Source: an uncultured Candidatus Rokubacteria bacterium (GTDB lineage: Bacteria; Methylomirabilota; Methylomirabilia; Rokubacteriales; CSP1-6). Taken from it: a stretch of 64,000 nt of DNA. Position 1 is the first letter of the stretch; every line of letters begins with the position of its first letter. Made by a program: the position numbers and the translations under genes. This document shows positions 10,369 to 20,200 of this stretch, one piece after another. Location of the stretch: positions 832,001 through 896,000 of the forward strand of contig CAVWFS010000007.1 of assembly GCA_963754315.1 (NCBI GenBank). Reading direction: 5' to 3'. The notes under the pieces were generated by a model. That model did not search any database, had not been told where the DNA came from, and was given only the letters and a program-made list of their open reading frames with translations.

Positions 10369-11424
10369 TCAGTGGCCGTGTCGGTGGTGGGCGTCCGGGT
10401 AGTGGGGATGGAGGTGGAGCGAGCGTGCGTGAGTGTGCGCGTGAGAATGCGGTTCGCCCCCGAGGTCCGCCTCGGCATGATCGTGCTGGTGGTGCCCGTC
10501 ATGGGCGTGGCGATGCTCATGGACGATGGTCGCGTGCGAATGCTCGTGCTCATGCCGCTCGGTCAGGTGTAGCCAGGCCCCGATGGCCATGCAGGCGGCG
10601 GCCACGAGGAGCTGGAGCGTCACCCGCTCTCCGAGTACGAGCACGGCCACCGTGGCCCCGAAGAACGGAGCCAGAGAGAAATATGCCGCCGTGCGCGCCG
10701 TGCCGAGCCAGCGCAGGGCGACCACGAAAAGCACGAGGCTCACCCCGTAACCGGCCGCTCCCACCACGGCAGCGCCGGCCAGGACATTCGGGGGCGGCCA
10801 CGACGCGCCGAGAGCGAGCGCGATGAGCACATTGACCGCCCCGGCACAACAGCCTTTGAGGAGGGCGATCCGGACGGGATCCGTGAGCGAGACCTTGCGC
10901 GTCAAGTTGTTGTCAACCGCCCAGCCCAGGCAGGCCCCCGCGATGGCCAAGGGCCCCAGCGCGCCACCGAGCGGGGCGACACCCTGCCAGGACAGCACGA
11001 TCGCGCCGGCCGTGATGACGGCCATGCCGAGGGCAATGCGGCGGTCGAAGGTCTCGCCGAAGACGAACCACGCGAGCAGCCCGGTCAGCACACCCTCGAG
11101 ATTGAGCAGAAGGGCGGCGCCAGCAGCCGGCGTGAGTCGAAGCCCACTCATGAGCAGGACGGGGCTGATCACGCCGCCGACGACGATCGCGGCGAGCAGC
11201 CACACCCACTCCTGTCCGTTGAGGGTTGCCTCTCCTGGCGCGCCGCTACCCAAGAGCCGACGTACTCCCTGCAGAACGGCGAGTCCGATCCCGGCCGCCG
11301 CGTACAGGAGGCCCGCGAGGAGCCAAGGGTCGAGATCGTTCAGCAGCACCTTGGCCAAGGGCGTGCTCGCGCCAAAGAGCGCTGCCGACAGCAAGGCCAC
11401 CATCGGCCCGAACGGCGCGCTCAT
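10369..11424 (-). CDS. DMT/EamA transporter with His-rich C-terminal tail
   Basis: LFGASTP and DNNLTRKVS motifs; ~10 TM; tail HEHEHSH...HYPDAHHRHGH. Confidence 0.88.
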   Translation of the reverse strand: MSAPFGPMVALLSAALFGASTPLAKVLLNDLDPWLLAGLLYAAAGIGLAVLQGVRRLLGSGAPGEATLNGQEWVWLLAAIVVGGVISPVLLMSGLRLTPAAGAALLLNLEGVLTGLLAWFVFGETFDRRIALGMAVITAGAIVLSWQGVAPLGGALGPLAIAGACLGWAVDNNLTRKVSLTDPVRIALLKGCCAGAVNVLIALALGASWPPPNVLAGAAVVGAAGYGVSLVLFVVALRWLGTARTAAYFSLAPFFGATVAVLVLGERVTLQLLVAAACMAIGAWLHLTERHEHEHSHATIVHEHRHAHDGHHQHDHAEADLGGEPHSHAHTHARSLHLHPHYPDAHHRHGH

Positions 11425-11435
11425 GCGGGATCGAC

Positions 11436-12167
11436 CTACCACACGCTGCGAATCACGAGCCACATCCCGAGGACAGCCAGAAACCCGAGCACCGCCCGGT
11501 TGAAGGTTCGCTGGTCCAGGCGGTCCTGCACGCGCAGGCCAAGCGCAAAGCCGCCCAGCGCCGCCATGATCAACACGACCGAGAGGCCGAGCAAGGGCCA
11601 GGTCAGGAGCCCGTAGTACGTCACGGCGCCCAGCTGGACCAGCTTGTACACCACGAAGGTGAATGCCACCGCCGCCACGAAGTCGGGCTTCGGCAGGCCG
11701 AGGGCCTGAAAGTACATCACGAGGGGCGTCCCCGGCACGTTGGTGATGCCCCCGATGATTCCCACCACGAAGCCGACCAGCGGCGAGAACCAGGTCTCCC
11801 ACCGCGCCGGCACCCGCGGGGCGATGCCGGCCACATTCATGGTCACGAAGAGAACGATCACCGCACCCAGTACGAGCAGCGCGGTGTCAGGCGGCATCGT
11901 GGCGAGCAGCCGCGTGCCGAGCACGGTGCCAACCGCTCCGGCCACGAGCAACCCGGCGAAGCGCTGGACGATGGCGAGCGGTGCGCCGCGTCGGAGAAAC
12001 TGCAGGCCATCAAGGACGATATTCGGAACGATGAGGACGACCACGGCCGACTTGACCTCGACGACCAGACTCAAGAGCGGGGTCCCGAGCGTGGGAAACC
12101 CGAAGCCGATCGCTCCCTTGACGAAGGCCGCCAGCAAGACTGCGCCCGCGCCGAGCAGGAGCGCCAT
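11436..12167 (-). CDS. Sulfite exporter TauE/SafE family protein
   Basis: VKGAIGFGFP and GGITNVPGTP motifs; multi-TM. Confidence 0.85.
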   Translation of the reverse strand: MALLLGAGAVLLAAFVKGAIGFGFPTLGTPLLSLVVEVKSAVVVLIVPNIVLDGLQFLRRGAPLAIVQRFAGLLVAGAVGTVLGTRLLATMPPDTALLVLGAVIVLFVTMNVAGIAPRVPARWETWFSPLVGFVVGIIGGITNVPGTPLVMYFQALGLPKPDFVAAVAFTFVVYKLVQLGAVTYYGLLTWPLLGLSVVLIMAALGGFALGLRVQDRLDQRTFNRAVLGFLAVLGMWLVIRSVW

Positions 12168-12247
12168 CCGCCGAGGATAGCATCCGGCCTGGGCGCGCTC
12201 CCGTGCGGTATATAGTGCACGCAGTTCACGAGAGGAGGGCCATCGGC

Positions 12248-13015
12248 ATGGGACGGCTCAGTGGAAAGGTGGCGGCGGTCACGGGCGGGGCCTCCGGTAT
12301 CGGAGAGGCCACGACGCGGCTTTTCGCGGAGGAAGGAGCGCAGGTCGCCATCGCCGATCTGGACTTTGATCGGGGCCGGGCCGTCGCGGACGAGATTCGG
12401 GCCAAGGGTGGCGGCGCCCTCTTCGTCGAAACGCACACGGAGCGGGAAACCGAGGCGAGCCGCTTCGTCCAGCGGGCCCGGGACGAGTTTGGCCGGCTCG
12501 ACGTACTCGTCAACAACGCTGGCATGCGGCTCTACCAGACGGTCGTCGACGCGAGCGAGCAGAGCTGGGATGCGATTCTCGGCGTCAATCTGAAGGGCTA
12601 TGCCTTCTGCGCCAAGGCCGCCATTCCCCTGATGCGCGCCACCGGCGGCGGCAGCATCGTGAACGTCGCCTCCGTCCGCGCGGTGGTGGCCGGCGGCAAC
12701 ATGGCGCAGTACGACACGACAAAGGCCGCGGTGACCGGCCTCACCCGTGGGCTGGCCTGTGACCACGCCCGCGACGGCATCCGGGTCAACGCCGTGTGTC
12801 CCGGCCCGATCTTCACCCGCTTCCACGAGCGCCGCGCCACGTCAGCCGGCAAAACCTTCGAGGAGTTCAAGGCCGAGTTCGGGCGCGGCACCATGCTCCA
12901 GCGGCCGGGAATCCCGCGCGAGGTCGCTGCCTGCATCCTCTTCCTCGCCTCGGACGACGCCTCCTACGTTACCGGTACCTGCCTCTTCGTGGACGGCGGC
13001 CAGACCGCGATGTAG
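12248..13015 (+). CDS. SDR family oxidoreductase
   Basis: TGGASGIG, NNAG and YDTTK (YxxxK) motifs; GAGGAGG upstream. Confidence 0.93.
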   Translation: MGRLSGKVAAVTGGASGIGEATTRLFAEEGAQVAIADLDFDRGRAVADEIRAKGGGALFVETHTERETEASRFVQRARDEFGRLDVLVNNAGMRLYQTVVDASEQSWDAILGVNLKGYAFCAKAAIPLMRATGGGSIVNVASVRAVVAGGNMAQYDTTKAAVTGLTRGLACDHARDGIRVNAVCPGPIFTRFHERRATSAGKTFEEFKAEFGRGTMLQRPGIPREVAACILFLASDDASYVTGTCLFVDGGQTAM

Positions 13016-13039
13016 CCCGCCGAGGCCTCGGCGGGCTAC
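13012..13039. terminator. Perfect 28-bp palindrome between convergent genes
   Basis: gtagcccgccgaggcctcggcgggctac is its own reverse complement. Confidence 0.55.
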
Positions 13040-13060
13040 CGTGATCTGCGGCGCGGGCGC

Positions 13061-14179
13061 CTACGCTAACCCGTAGAATCCCATCGCGCCGCCGGCCAGG
13101 ATGCCGCTGCGGGTGGCCTCGGAAAGCGCCGGACGCTTGGCGATCAAGGCGGGGGCGCCGGGGAAGAATCCGTCGGCGTGCGGGTAGTCGGTGGCCCAGA
13201 GGATCTTGTTCGGACCGATATAGTCGGCGAGCACGTCGAGGGCGCCCTCCACCGGCTCGAAGGAGATCCAGCAGTTACGTCTGAACAGATCGCTCGGGCG
13301 CGTCTTGAGGCCAGAGTCGTTGAAGCCCTGGTCGTCGAAGTGCCGATCCATCCGATCCAGCCACGGGGCAATCCAGCCGCCGCCGGACTCCAGGAAGCCA
13401 ATCCGGATCTGCGGGAAGCGCTCGCACACGCCACCCCAGATCACGCTCAGCGCCACCAGCATCATTTCCATGGTGTGGGAAATGATGTGACGGGCGCCGC
13501 GGCCCTCGAAACGGTCGACGCCGACGGTGGGCATGCCGCCCGACGAGCCCTCGTGGAAGCCGATGGAGAAATCGAGCGCCTGCGCCTCGGCCCAGAACGG
13601 GTCATGGTCAGGATGGCCCGCCATCCGTCCGTTGTAGGGGTTGGGCCTCAGGAAGCCTCCTTTCATCCCGAGGGTCTTACGGGCGAAGCGCATCTCCTCG
13701 ATGGCGAGGTCGATCGACTGCATGGGAAGCATGGCGATGCCGAAGAGGCGATCCGGGTACGGCTTGCAGTAGTCGGCCAGCCAGCGGTTGTAGGCGCGGC
13801 ACATCGCGGCCGCTAACTTCGGGTCCTTCACGGCTCCCGAGAACAGGCCGATGCTCGGATAGAGAAACGCCGCGTCGATGCCGTCGAGGTCCAGGTCCTT
13901 GATGCGCGCGTGCGGATCGAAGCCCCCGGGTCGCCCCTCCGCGTACTTCATCGTGTCGGCCGGGACCGATCCATCCCGAGCGCCTACGGCCCCGAGGCGT
14001 CCTAGCCCCTTGGGATTGCCGAGGATCTGGCCCTCCAGGAGCAGCCGCTCCTTGCCGTTATCGTCGAGGATCATCCGAGGAGCGCGCTCGCGGTAGGCGG
14101 GATCCATGTAGCGATCCCAGAGGTCGAGGGGCTCGAGGATGTGGCCGTCCGCGTCGATGATCTTGTACGTGCGCGTCAT
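13061..14179 (-). CDS. Amidohydrolase family protein (amidohydro_2)
   Basis: IIDADGH, FLESGGGW and WATDYPH motifs; AAGGAGG RBS. Confidence 0.92.
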   Translation of the reverse strand: MTRTYKIIDADGHILEPLDLWDRYMDPAYRERAPRMILDDNGKERLLLEGQILGNPKGLGRLGAVGARDGSVPADTMKYAEGRPGGFDPHARIKDLDLDGIDAAFLYPSIGLFSGAVKDPKLAAAMCRAYNRWLADYCKPYPDRLFGIAMLPMQSIDLAIEEMRFARKTLGMKGGFLRPNPYNGRMAGHPDHDPFWAEAQALDFSIGFHEGSSGGMPTVGVDRFEGRGARHIISHTMEMMLVALSVIWGGVCERFPQIRIGFLESGGGWIAPWLDRMDRHFDDQGFNDSGLKTRPSDLFRRNCWISFEPVEGALDVLADYIGPNKILWATDYPHADGFFPGAPALIAKRPALSEATRSGILAGGAMGFYGLA

Positions 14180-14214
14180 GGCTGGCCTCCTTGGTGAAGG
14201 ATGGGGAAGTCCGT

Positions 14215-15252
14215 CTACCGGCAGTGCGGTAGCACCTCTCTGGCGAACAACGTCATGGATTCCTTGACCGTGGTGTGCGGCATGAGCCCGCCCTGATTGA
14301 AATAGCAAATGAACTCGTCCATCTGGTATTCGCGGCGCAAGGCTTGCAGCCGCTGCACGCAATAGTCGGGGTCGCCGAAGACCGCCATCTCGCGATCGAC
14401 GTCCTCGTATCTGACCCGTTCGATTCGGGCCAGGACCTGCCGGAAAGCCTCGAAGCTCTTGATGTCCGCGTCGCCCAGCGGGCGGAGCCGCTCCCCTGCC
14501 TCTCGCAGGAAGTGCAGCAGGCTTCCTTCACACTCGTCCCGCGCCCGCGTCCGGCTCGCGGTGACGTGAACGGGGAAGGCCAGGGCAGCATCGCCTGGAA
14601 TCCCGGCCGCAAGCTTCGCCCGATACACCGACAGCCCTTCCTTCAGCTTGTCAGGGGGATTGATGAGCGGCGTGGCAAAGATGGGTAACCGGCGATCGGC
14701 CGCGAGGGGGAAGGTGTCCGGGCTATTCGCAGCAATTCGCACCGGCGGATGCGGCGTCTGCACGGGCTTTGGCACCACCGTCAGCTCGCGGGCCCGGAAG
14801 TACTTTCCCTCGAACGTGAACTTGTCCTGCGTCCAGGCCTGCAGGATGAAATCCAGGGATTCCTCGAAGCGTTCCCGGCTCTCTTCCTGGGGGACGTCGT
14901 ATCCCGCGTAGTGCACCGGAGCCGTGCCGCGTCCCACCCCGAACTCCAGGCGCCCGTCGCTCAGGATATCGGCGACGGCGGCCTCCTCGGCAATCTTCAC
15001 GGGGTTGTGCAGGGGCAGCAAGGTGACCGCCGTCCCCAGGCGAATGCGCGTCGTCCGCTGGGCAGCCGCGGCCAGCACCATCAGCGGATCAGCCAGGATC
15101 GAGAAGGGCCGGCTGAAGTGAAGCTCGCCGAGCCATACGGTGTCGAAGCCCAGCACTTCCCCGAGCTCGATCTGGGCCATGAGGTCCCGATATCGCTGGC
15201 GCTCGGAATCCGCGCCCGCGCACGGCAACTGATCGAAGAACCCGAAACGCAT
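14215..15252 (-). CDS. LLM-class flavin-dependent oxidoreductase
   Basis: MRFGFF, WLGELHF, IRLGTAVTLLPLHNP and GRLEFGVGRG motifs. Confidence 0.92.
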   Translation of the reverse strand: MRFGFFDQLPCAGADSERQRYRDLMAQIELGEVLGFDTVWLGELHFSRPFSILADPLMVLAAAAQRTTRIRLGTAVTLLPLHNPVKIAEEAAVADILSDGRLEFGVGRGTAPVHYAGYDVPQEESRERFEESLDFILQAWTQDKFTFEGKYFRARELTVVPKPVQTPHPPVRIAANSPDTFPLAADRRLPIFATPLINPPDKLKEGLSVYRAKLAAGIPGDAALAFPVHVTASRTRARDECEGSLLHFLREAGERLRPLGDADIKSFEAFRQVLARIERVRYEDVDREMAVFGDPDYCVQRLQALRREYQMDEFICYFNQGGLMPHTTVKESMTLFAREVLPHCR

Positions 15253-15395
15253 AGCCGCCCCTCGACGGGGTCCCTCACGAGGCGGGCCGCCGTCATCGCA
15301 ACCCGGGATCAGTGCCACGCATGCTAGCGCGGATTCGCACAGCAGCGCAATTGTCGTGGATCTCGGCGCCGGACCGGTCGGGTGAGCGCGTCTGG

Positions 15396-16568
15396 CTAGC
15401 CGTCCCCGCTCGCGAACCACAGCCGCGGGTCGGCGGCGCGCACGCGCGCCTCCGGCAACCCCAGCTCGCGGCGGACGATATTGGTGCCCTCAACGAGCGC
15501 GACGCACTTGTAGTACGCGATGCGCCGGCTCAGCCCCTCCCGTCCGAAGCCGCAGTCGGTGGTGACGACGAGGCGCTCGGGCGCAATGTACTCCAGAGCC
15601 TTGCGAATGAGGCTGGCCACCTGCTCGGGCGGCTCCACGACCGTATTGCAGTGGCTGATCACGCCGATCCCGATCTTCTTGTCCGTAGGGTGCTTGGCGA
15701 AGAGCGGGAGATCCCGGCCGTTGGTGCTGGCGCACTCGAAGGTGATCACGTCGCCGTCGAGTCGGAGCAGATAGGGCAGCGCGCGCTCGTAGCTCGGCAC
15801 CTCCCAGTAGACGCGCTGCTGGTTCGGATTGCCCCAGCAGGTGTGCACCCAGATCTCGGCGTCGACGCCGACGCACTGGCGATTGAAGGCTTCGGTCAGG
15901 AATTCGAGATCGGCGTCGGTGCAGTCGGGGCGCGTGGTGCGCCCGTGGTGAGGTGGCTCCTCGATCTGGATGAGCGGACAGCCCGCCGCTGCCAGCTCGC
16001 GCAGCTCGGCGTTCATGATGTCGCACAGATCGTTGATGAGGGCCCGGTCGTCGCGGTAGTGCTCATCCCAGAGCATACCGGCCAGGGCCGGCCCACAGAT
16101 CGCGCCGAACTTCACGGGCCGGTCGGTGAGACGCTGGGCGATCTTCCACAACGCCGCATACTCGAGCGGTCCGCGCGTCAGCCTCTCGGTGACCACACCC
16201 GGTTGATAGGCTTCCTGCACCTCCCACAGGATGCGACCCGGGCGCAAGCCGTGCCGCTGCATCCAGCCGCGCGAGGTGTCGCGATGCCCCGTCACGCCGC
16301 CGAGTCGTTCGATCGGATAGAAGAACCACGACTTGCCACCCACGGCCAGATCGAACCGGCTGTCGCCGTCGGTGACGATGTCGAGGCCCGCCGCCTCCTG
16401 GGCGTTGATGATGCACGCGACGGCATCCAGGTACTGCTCACGGAAGAGTGAGTCGCCGAGGGCGGCCTTGAACGAGCGCCCGCGCAGGCTCTCGGTGAAC
16501 CAGAGGGGGCGCGGGTACGATCCGGTGATGGCCGTGGGCAGCATGAGATCCTGCGTGATCTTCAGCAT
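15396..16568 (-). CDS. Cobalamin-independent methionine synthase II-like protein (single barrel)
   Basis: GSYPRP, GLDIVTDG, HTCWGN Zn motif and TTDCG; 390 aa. Confidence 0.88.
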   Translation of the reverse strand: MLKITQDLMLPTAITGSYPRPLWFTESLRGRSFKAALGDSLFREQYLDAVACIINAQEAAGLDIVTDGDSRFDLAVGGKSWFFYPIERLGGVTGHRDTSRGWMQRHGLRPGRILWEVQEAYQPGVVTERLTRGPLEYAALWKIAQRLTDRPVKFGAICGPALAGMLWDEHYRDDRALINDLCDIMNAELRELAAAGCPLIQIEEPPHHGRTTRPDCTDADLEFLTEAFNRQCVGVDAEIWVHTCWGNPNQQRVYWEVPSYERALPYLLRLDGDVITFECASTNGRDLPLFAKHPTDKKIGIGVISHCNTVVEPPEQVASLIRKALEYIAPERLVVTTDCGFGREGLSRRIAYYKCVALVEGTNIVRRELGLPEARVRAADPRLWFASGDG

Positions 16569-16586
16569 CGGATCGCCTCGCTTGGC

Positions 16587-17501
16587 CTAGCCCGGCAGCG
16601 CCCCGCGCGTCTTGGTGGCTAACCGGTACACGCTGGTGCGTGCGGTGAGAAAGAGGGCGCTCCCGTCCTCACCCCAGGCCAGGTTCGCGGGCAACTCCGG
16701 CAGCACAATGCGCCCGAGCAGCCCCCCATCCGAACGGCACACCCACACCCCGCCCGGGCCCGTGCAGAACACGTGTCCGTTCCGATCCACTTTGAGACCG
16801 TCGGGCACGCCGGGATCGGGCGAGGCCATGTCGAGGAGGATCCGACCATTGGTCAAGGTGCCATCCGGCCGCACGGTGAACGCCCGGATGTGCTTGTGAG
16901 CCGAGTCATCGATGTAGAGAACAGCCTCGTCAGGCGAGAAGGCGAGGCCGTTTGGCAAGGCAAAATCGTCCACTACCAGGTGCAAGCGTCCGTCAGGGTC
17001 AATGCGGTACACACCATGGCAGGGTTGTTCCTTGCCGGGGATGGGCTTCGCCCACCATCCCTCGGGGCGCGGCACCCCTGGTGTGCTCGGTTGGACGCCG
17101 TAGGGGGGGTCGGTGAAATAGATGGTGCCATCGGACTTGACCACCAGGTCGTTAGGGCTGTTGAGCCGCTTGCCCTGGAACTGCTCGGCCAAGACTGCGC
17201 GCCCGCCGTCGGCGGCGACGCGGGTCACGCGGCGGCCGTTGTGCTCGGCCGCGAGCACACGGCCCTGCCGATCGAGGGTCAGTCCATTGGACATCCCTTT
17301 CGCATACGTGGTCAGCTCGGGCCCCTCAGGCAGCCGACGCCAGCGTGCGATGCGCTGGTTCGGAATGTCGCTGAAGAGCAGCTCGCCGCCACGCCACACA
17401 GGCCCTTCGGTGAACGTCAGGCCCCCCGCAATGCGCTCGATGGGAGCGTCGGGGGCGATCAGGTCGTGCAGGCCGCGGTCGTGCACCTCCAGAGATGACA
17501 T
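16587..17501 (-). CDS. SMP-30/gluconolactonase family protein
   Basis: FTEGPVW, LNSPND, PNGLAFSPD and PDGLKVD motifs. Confidence 0.92.
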   Translation of the reverse strand: MSSLEVHDRGLHDLIAPDAPIERIAGGLTFTEGPVWRGGELLFSDIPNQRIARWRRLPEGPELTTYAKGMSNGLTLDRQGRVLAAEHNGRRVTRVAADGGRAVLAEQFQGKRLNSPNDLVVKSDGTIYFTDPPYGVQPSTPGVPRPEGWWAKPIPGKEQPCHGVYRIDPDGRLHLVVDDFALPNGLAFSPDEAVLYIDDSAHKHIRAFTVRPDGTLTNGRILLDMASPDPGVPDGLKVDRNGHVFCTGPGGVWVCRSDGGLLGRIVLPELPANLAWGEDGSALFLTARTSVYRLATKTRGALPG

Positions 17502-17561
17502 GGCTTCTCCTCTTCCGCGTTCGCCCTGTTCAGGCGTGGCAGGATGATACGATCGCTGGCC

Positions 17562-20012
17562 TCACAGGGCCAGGCGGCGCAGGCGCAACGCGTTGGCGAT
17601 GACCGATACCGAGCTGAAGCTCATGGCAGCGCTGGCAATGATCGGGCTCAGGAGGATGCCGAACGCCGGATAGAGCACGCCCGCCGCGATGGGAACGCCA
17701 AGTGCGTTGTAGACGAAGGCAAAGAAGAGGTTCTCGCGGATGTTCCGCATGGTGGCCTGGCTCAGGCGACGGGCCCGTACGATCCCGCGCAGGTCGCCCC
17801 TGACCAGGATGATGCCCGCGCTCTGCATGGCCACGTCGGTGCCCGTCCCCATGGCGATGCCCACGTGGGCCTGGGCGAGGGCGGGGGCATCGTTCACCCC
17901 GTCGCCGGCCATCGCCACCACGCGGCCCTGGGCCTGTAATCGCTTGACCACCGCGCTCTTCTGCTCGGGGAGCACCTCGGCCTCGACGTCGGCAATGCCG
18001 AGCTTGCCGGCGATGGCGAGCGCAGTGGCCCGACTATCGCCGGTGAGCATCAGCACGTGCACGCCCGCTGCGCGCAGCAGGTCGAGCGCCTCCGGGGTGG
18101 ACGCCTTGATCGGATCGGCCACGCCGATCAGACCGGCAACCCGGCCGTCGACGGCCGCGAACATCACCGTTTGCCCCTCACCGCGTAGCCTCTGCGCATG
18201 CTGCTCGAACCCATCGAGCGGGACCTTGAGGCCCTCGAGGAGGCGCTGGTTGCCGAGAGCCACGCGCCGCCCGTCCACACGTCCGGTCACACCCTTGCCC
18301 GTCGTCGACCTAAACTCCTCAACGGAGACAAGGGTCACTCCACGCCGCTCGGCCCCGGCCACGATGGCGGCGGCCAGGGGGTGCTCGCTGCCGCGCTCGA
18401 GGCTCGCGGCCAGCTGTAGGATTTCAGCTTCGGACCACCCCTCGGCCGCTATCACCGACGTGAGCGCGGGCTTTCCCTCGGTCAAGGTTCCCGTCTTGTC
18501 GACGACGAGCGTGTCGACCTTCTCGAGCGTCTCCAGCGCCTCCGCGTTCCTGACGAGAACGCCGGCGGTGGCGCCGCGGCCGGTTCCCACCATGATGGAC
18601 ATTGGTGTGGCAAGGCCGAGCGCGCAGGGGCACGCGATGATCAGGACGGCGACCGCGTTCACCAGCGCGTACGCCATCCGCGGTTGGGGACCGACCAGGC
18701 CCCAGATGATAGCGGTCACCACGGCCACCGTGACCACGGCCGGGACGAAGTAGGAGGCGACGAGGTCGGCCAGCCGCTGGATCGGGGCCCGGCTGCGCTG
18801 GGCCTCGCTGACCATCTGGACGATCTGGGCGAGCAAGGTGTCACGGCCCACACGCTCGGCCACCATCACGAACCCGCCAGTGCCATTGACGGTGCCGCCG
18901 ATGACCGTACTGCCCGGCGACTTCTCGACCGGAATGGACTCGCCCGTCACCATCGACTCGTCGATCGCGCTCGCCCCCTCGAGCAGTCGGCCATCCACGG
19001 GGACCTTCTCTCCCGGGCGCACGCGCAGCCGGTCGCCGGGCTGCACGTCCTGCAGCGGAACGTCCTCCTCCGAACCGTCCGCCCGCATCCGCCGCGCCGT
19101 TCTCGGCGCCAGCCCGAGGAGCGCCTTGATCGCGCTGCTCGTCTGACTCCGAGCCCGCAATTCCAGCACCTGGCCCAGGAGCACCAGCACGGTGATCACG
19201 GCAGCCGCCTCGAAGTAGAGGCCCACCTGGCCTCCGTGCGCCCGGAAGGACGCCGGGAACAAGCCAGGGGCGATGACGGCCATCACGCTATAGACGTAGG
19301 CGAGGCCCGTCCCGAGCGCGATGAGCGTGAACATGTTCAGGCTGCGGTTGATGACGGAATGCCAGGCGCGGACGAAGAAGGGCCAGCCGCCCCACAGGAC
19401 CACCGGCGTGGCCAGCGCCAGCTGTCCCCAGGCGAGCAGCGGTGCGGGAAGCAGGTGGCGCAGCGGTTCGCCTGGCAGCATGTCGCCCATCACGAAAGCA
19501 AGCAACGGGACCGTCAGCCCGAGACTGATCCAGAAGCGCCGGGTCATGTCGACCAGCTCGGGGTCGGGTCCCTCCTCCACCGCTACCGTGCGCCGCTCAA
19601 GCGCCATCCCACAGATCGGGCATGCGCCGGGCCCCGGGCGGACGATCTCCGGGTGCATCGGGCACGTCCACTCCTCACGGGTGCTGACAACGGGAGTCAC
19701 CACCGGTTCGAGGGCCATCCCGCATCTGGGGCAGGAGCCCCGCCCCGCCTGGCTGACCTCCGGATGCATCGGGCACGTGTAGATGCGCTCATCGCGCGCA
19801 ACCGAAGCTCTCGGTGAAGGCGGTGCGAGGTACCGTACCGGGTCGGCCACGAACTTCTCGCGACAGCCAGGATTGCAGAACCAGTAGGTTGCCCCCGCAT
19901 GCTCCGCGCTGCCGCCCCGCGCCTGTCCTGGCACCACGTCCATGCCGCATACGGGATCCTTCACAGGCGCTTGCGAAGCAGCGTGCTGGGTCGGGTGGCG
20001 GGGCTCATTCAT
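17562..20012 (-). CDS. copA: Heavy-metal (Cu/Ag) P1B-type ATPase with a YHS domain and two CPMHP domains
   Basis: DPVCGM, two TCPMHPE repeats, TGES, CPCALG, DKTGT, SEHP, GDGVND and YNALG motifs. Confidence 0.93.
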   Translation of the reverse strand: MNEPRHPTQHAASQAPVKDPVCGMDVVPGQARGGSAEHAGATYWFCNPGCREKFVADPVRYLAPPSPRASVARDERIYTCPMHPEVSQAGRGSCPRCGMALEPVVTPVVSTREEWTCPMHPEIVRPGPGACPICGMALERRTVAVEEGPDPELVDMTRRFWISLGLTVPLLAFVMGDMLPGEPLRHLLPAPLLAWGQLALATPVVLWGGWPFFVRAWHSVINRSLNMFTLIALGTGLAYVYSVMAVIAPGLFPASFRAHGGQVGLYFEAAAVITVLVLLGQVLELRARSQTSSAIKALLGLAPRTARRMRADGSEEDVPLQDVQPGDRLRVRPGEKVPVDGRLLEGASAIDESMVTGESIPVEKSPGSTVIGGTVNGTGGFVMVAERVGRDTLLAQIVQMVSEAQRSRAPIQRLADLVASYFVPAVVTVAVVTAIIWGLVGPQPRMAYALVNAVAVLIIACPCALGLATPMSIMVGTGRGATAGVLVRNAEALETLEKVDTLVVDKTGTLTEGKPALTSVIAAEGWSEAEILQLAASLERGSEHPLAAAIVAGAERRGVTLVSVEEFRSTTGKGVTGRVDGRRVALGNQRLLEGLKVPLDGFEQHAQRLRGEGQTVMFAAVDGRVAGLIGVADPIKASTPEALDLLRAAGVHVLMLTGDSRATALAIAGKLGIADVEAEVLPEQKSAVVKRLQAQGRVVAMAGDGVNDAPALAQAHVGIAMGTGTDVAMQSAGIILVRGDLRGIVRARRLSQATMRNIRENLFFAFVYNALGVPIAAGVLYPAFGILLSPIIASAAMSFSSVSVIANALRLRRLAL

Positions 20013-20200
20013 CGCGCTAGTCCGATCGACCATCTGCAAGGCATCATAGCCTGGCTCGACGGCGATGATGACGCGCCCGCGACCGGAGTGTTCGTTGGAC
20101 CCGTACTTGAGATATCAAGCTTGATTGATGGGGTACGCTGGAAAAGGCTGAAGAGAGCCCGGTGTCCGCTCTGGTCGCGACCCAGGGAGCCCGCCTGTTC

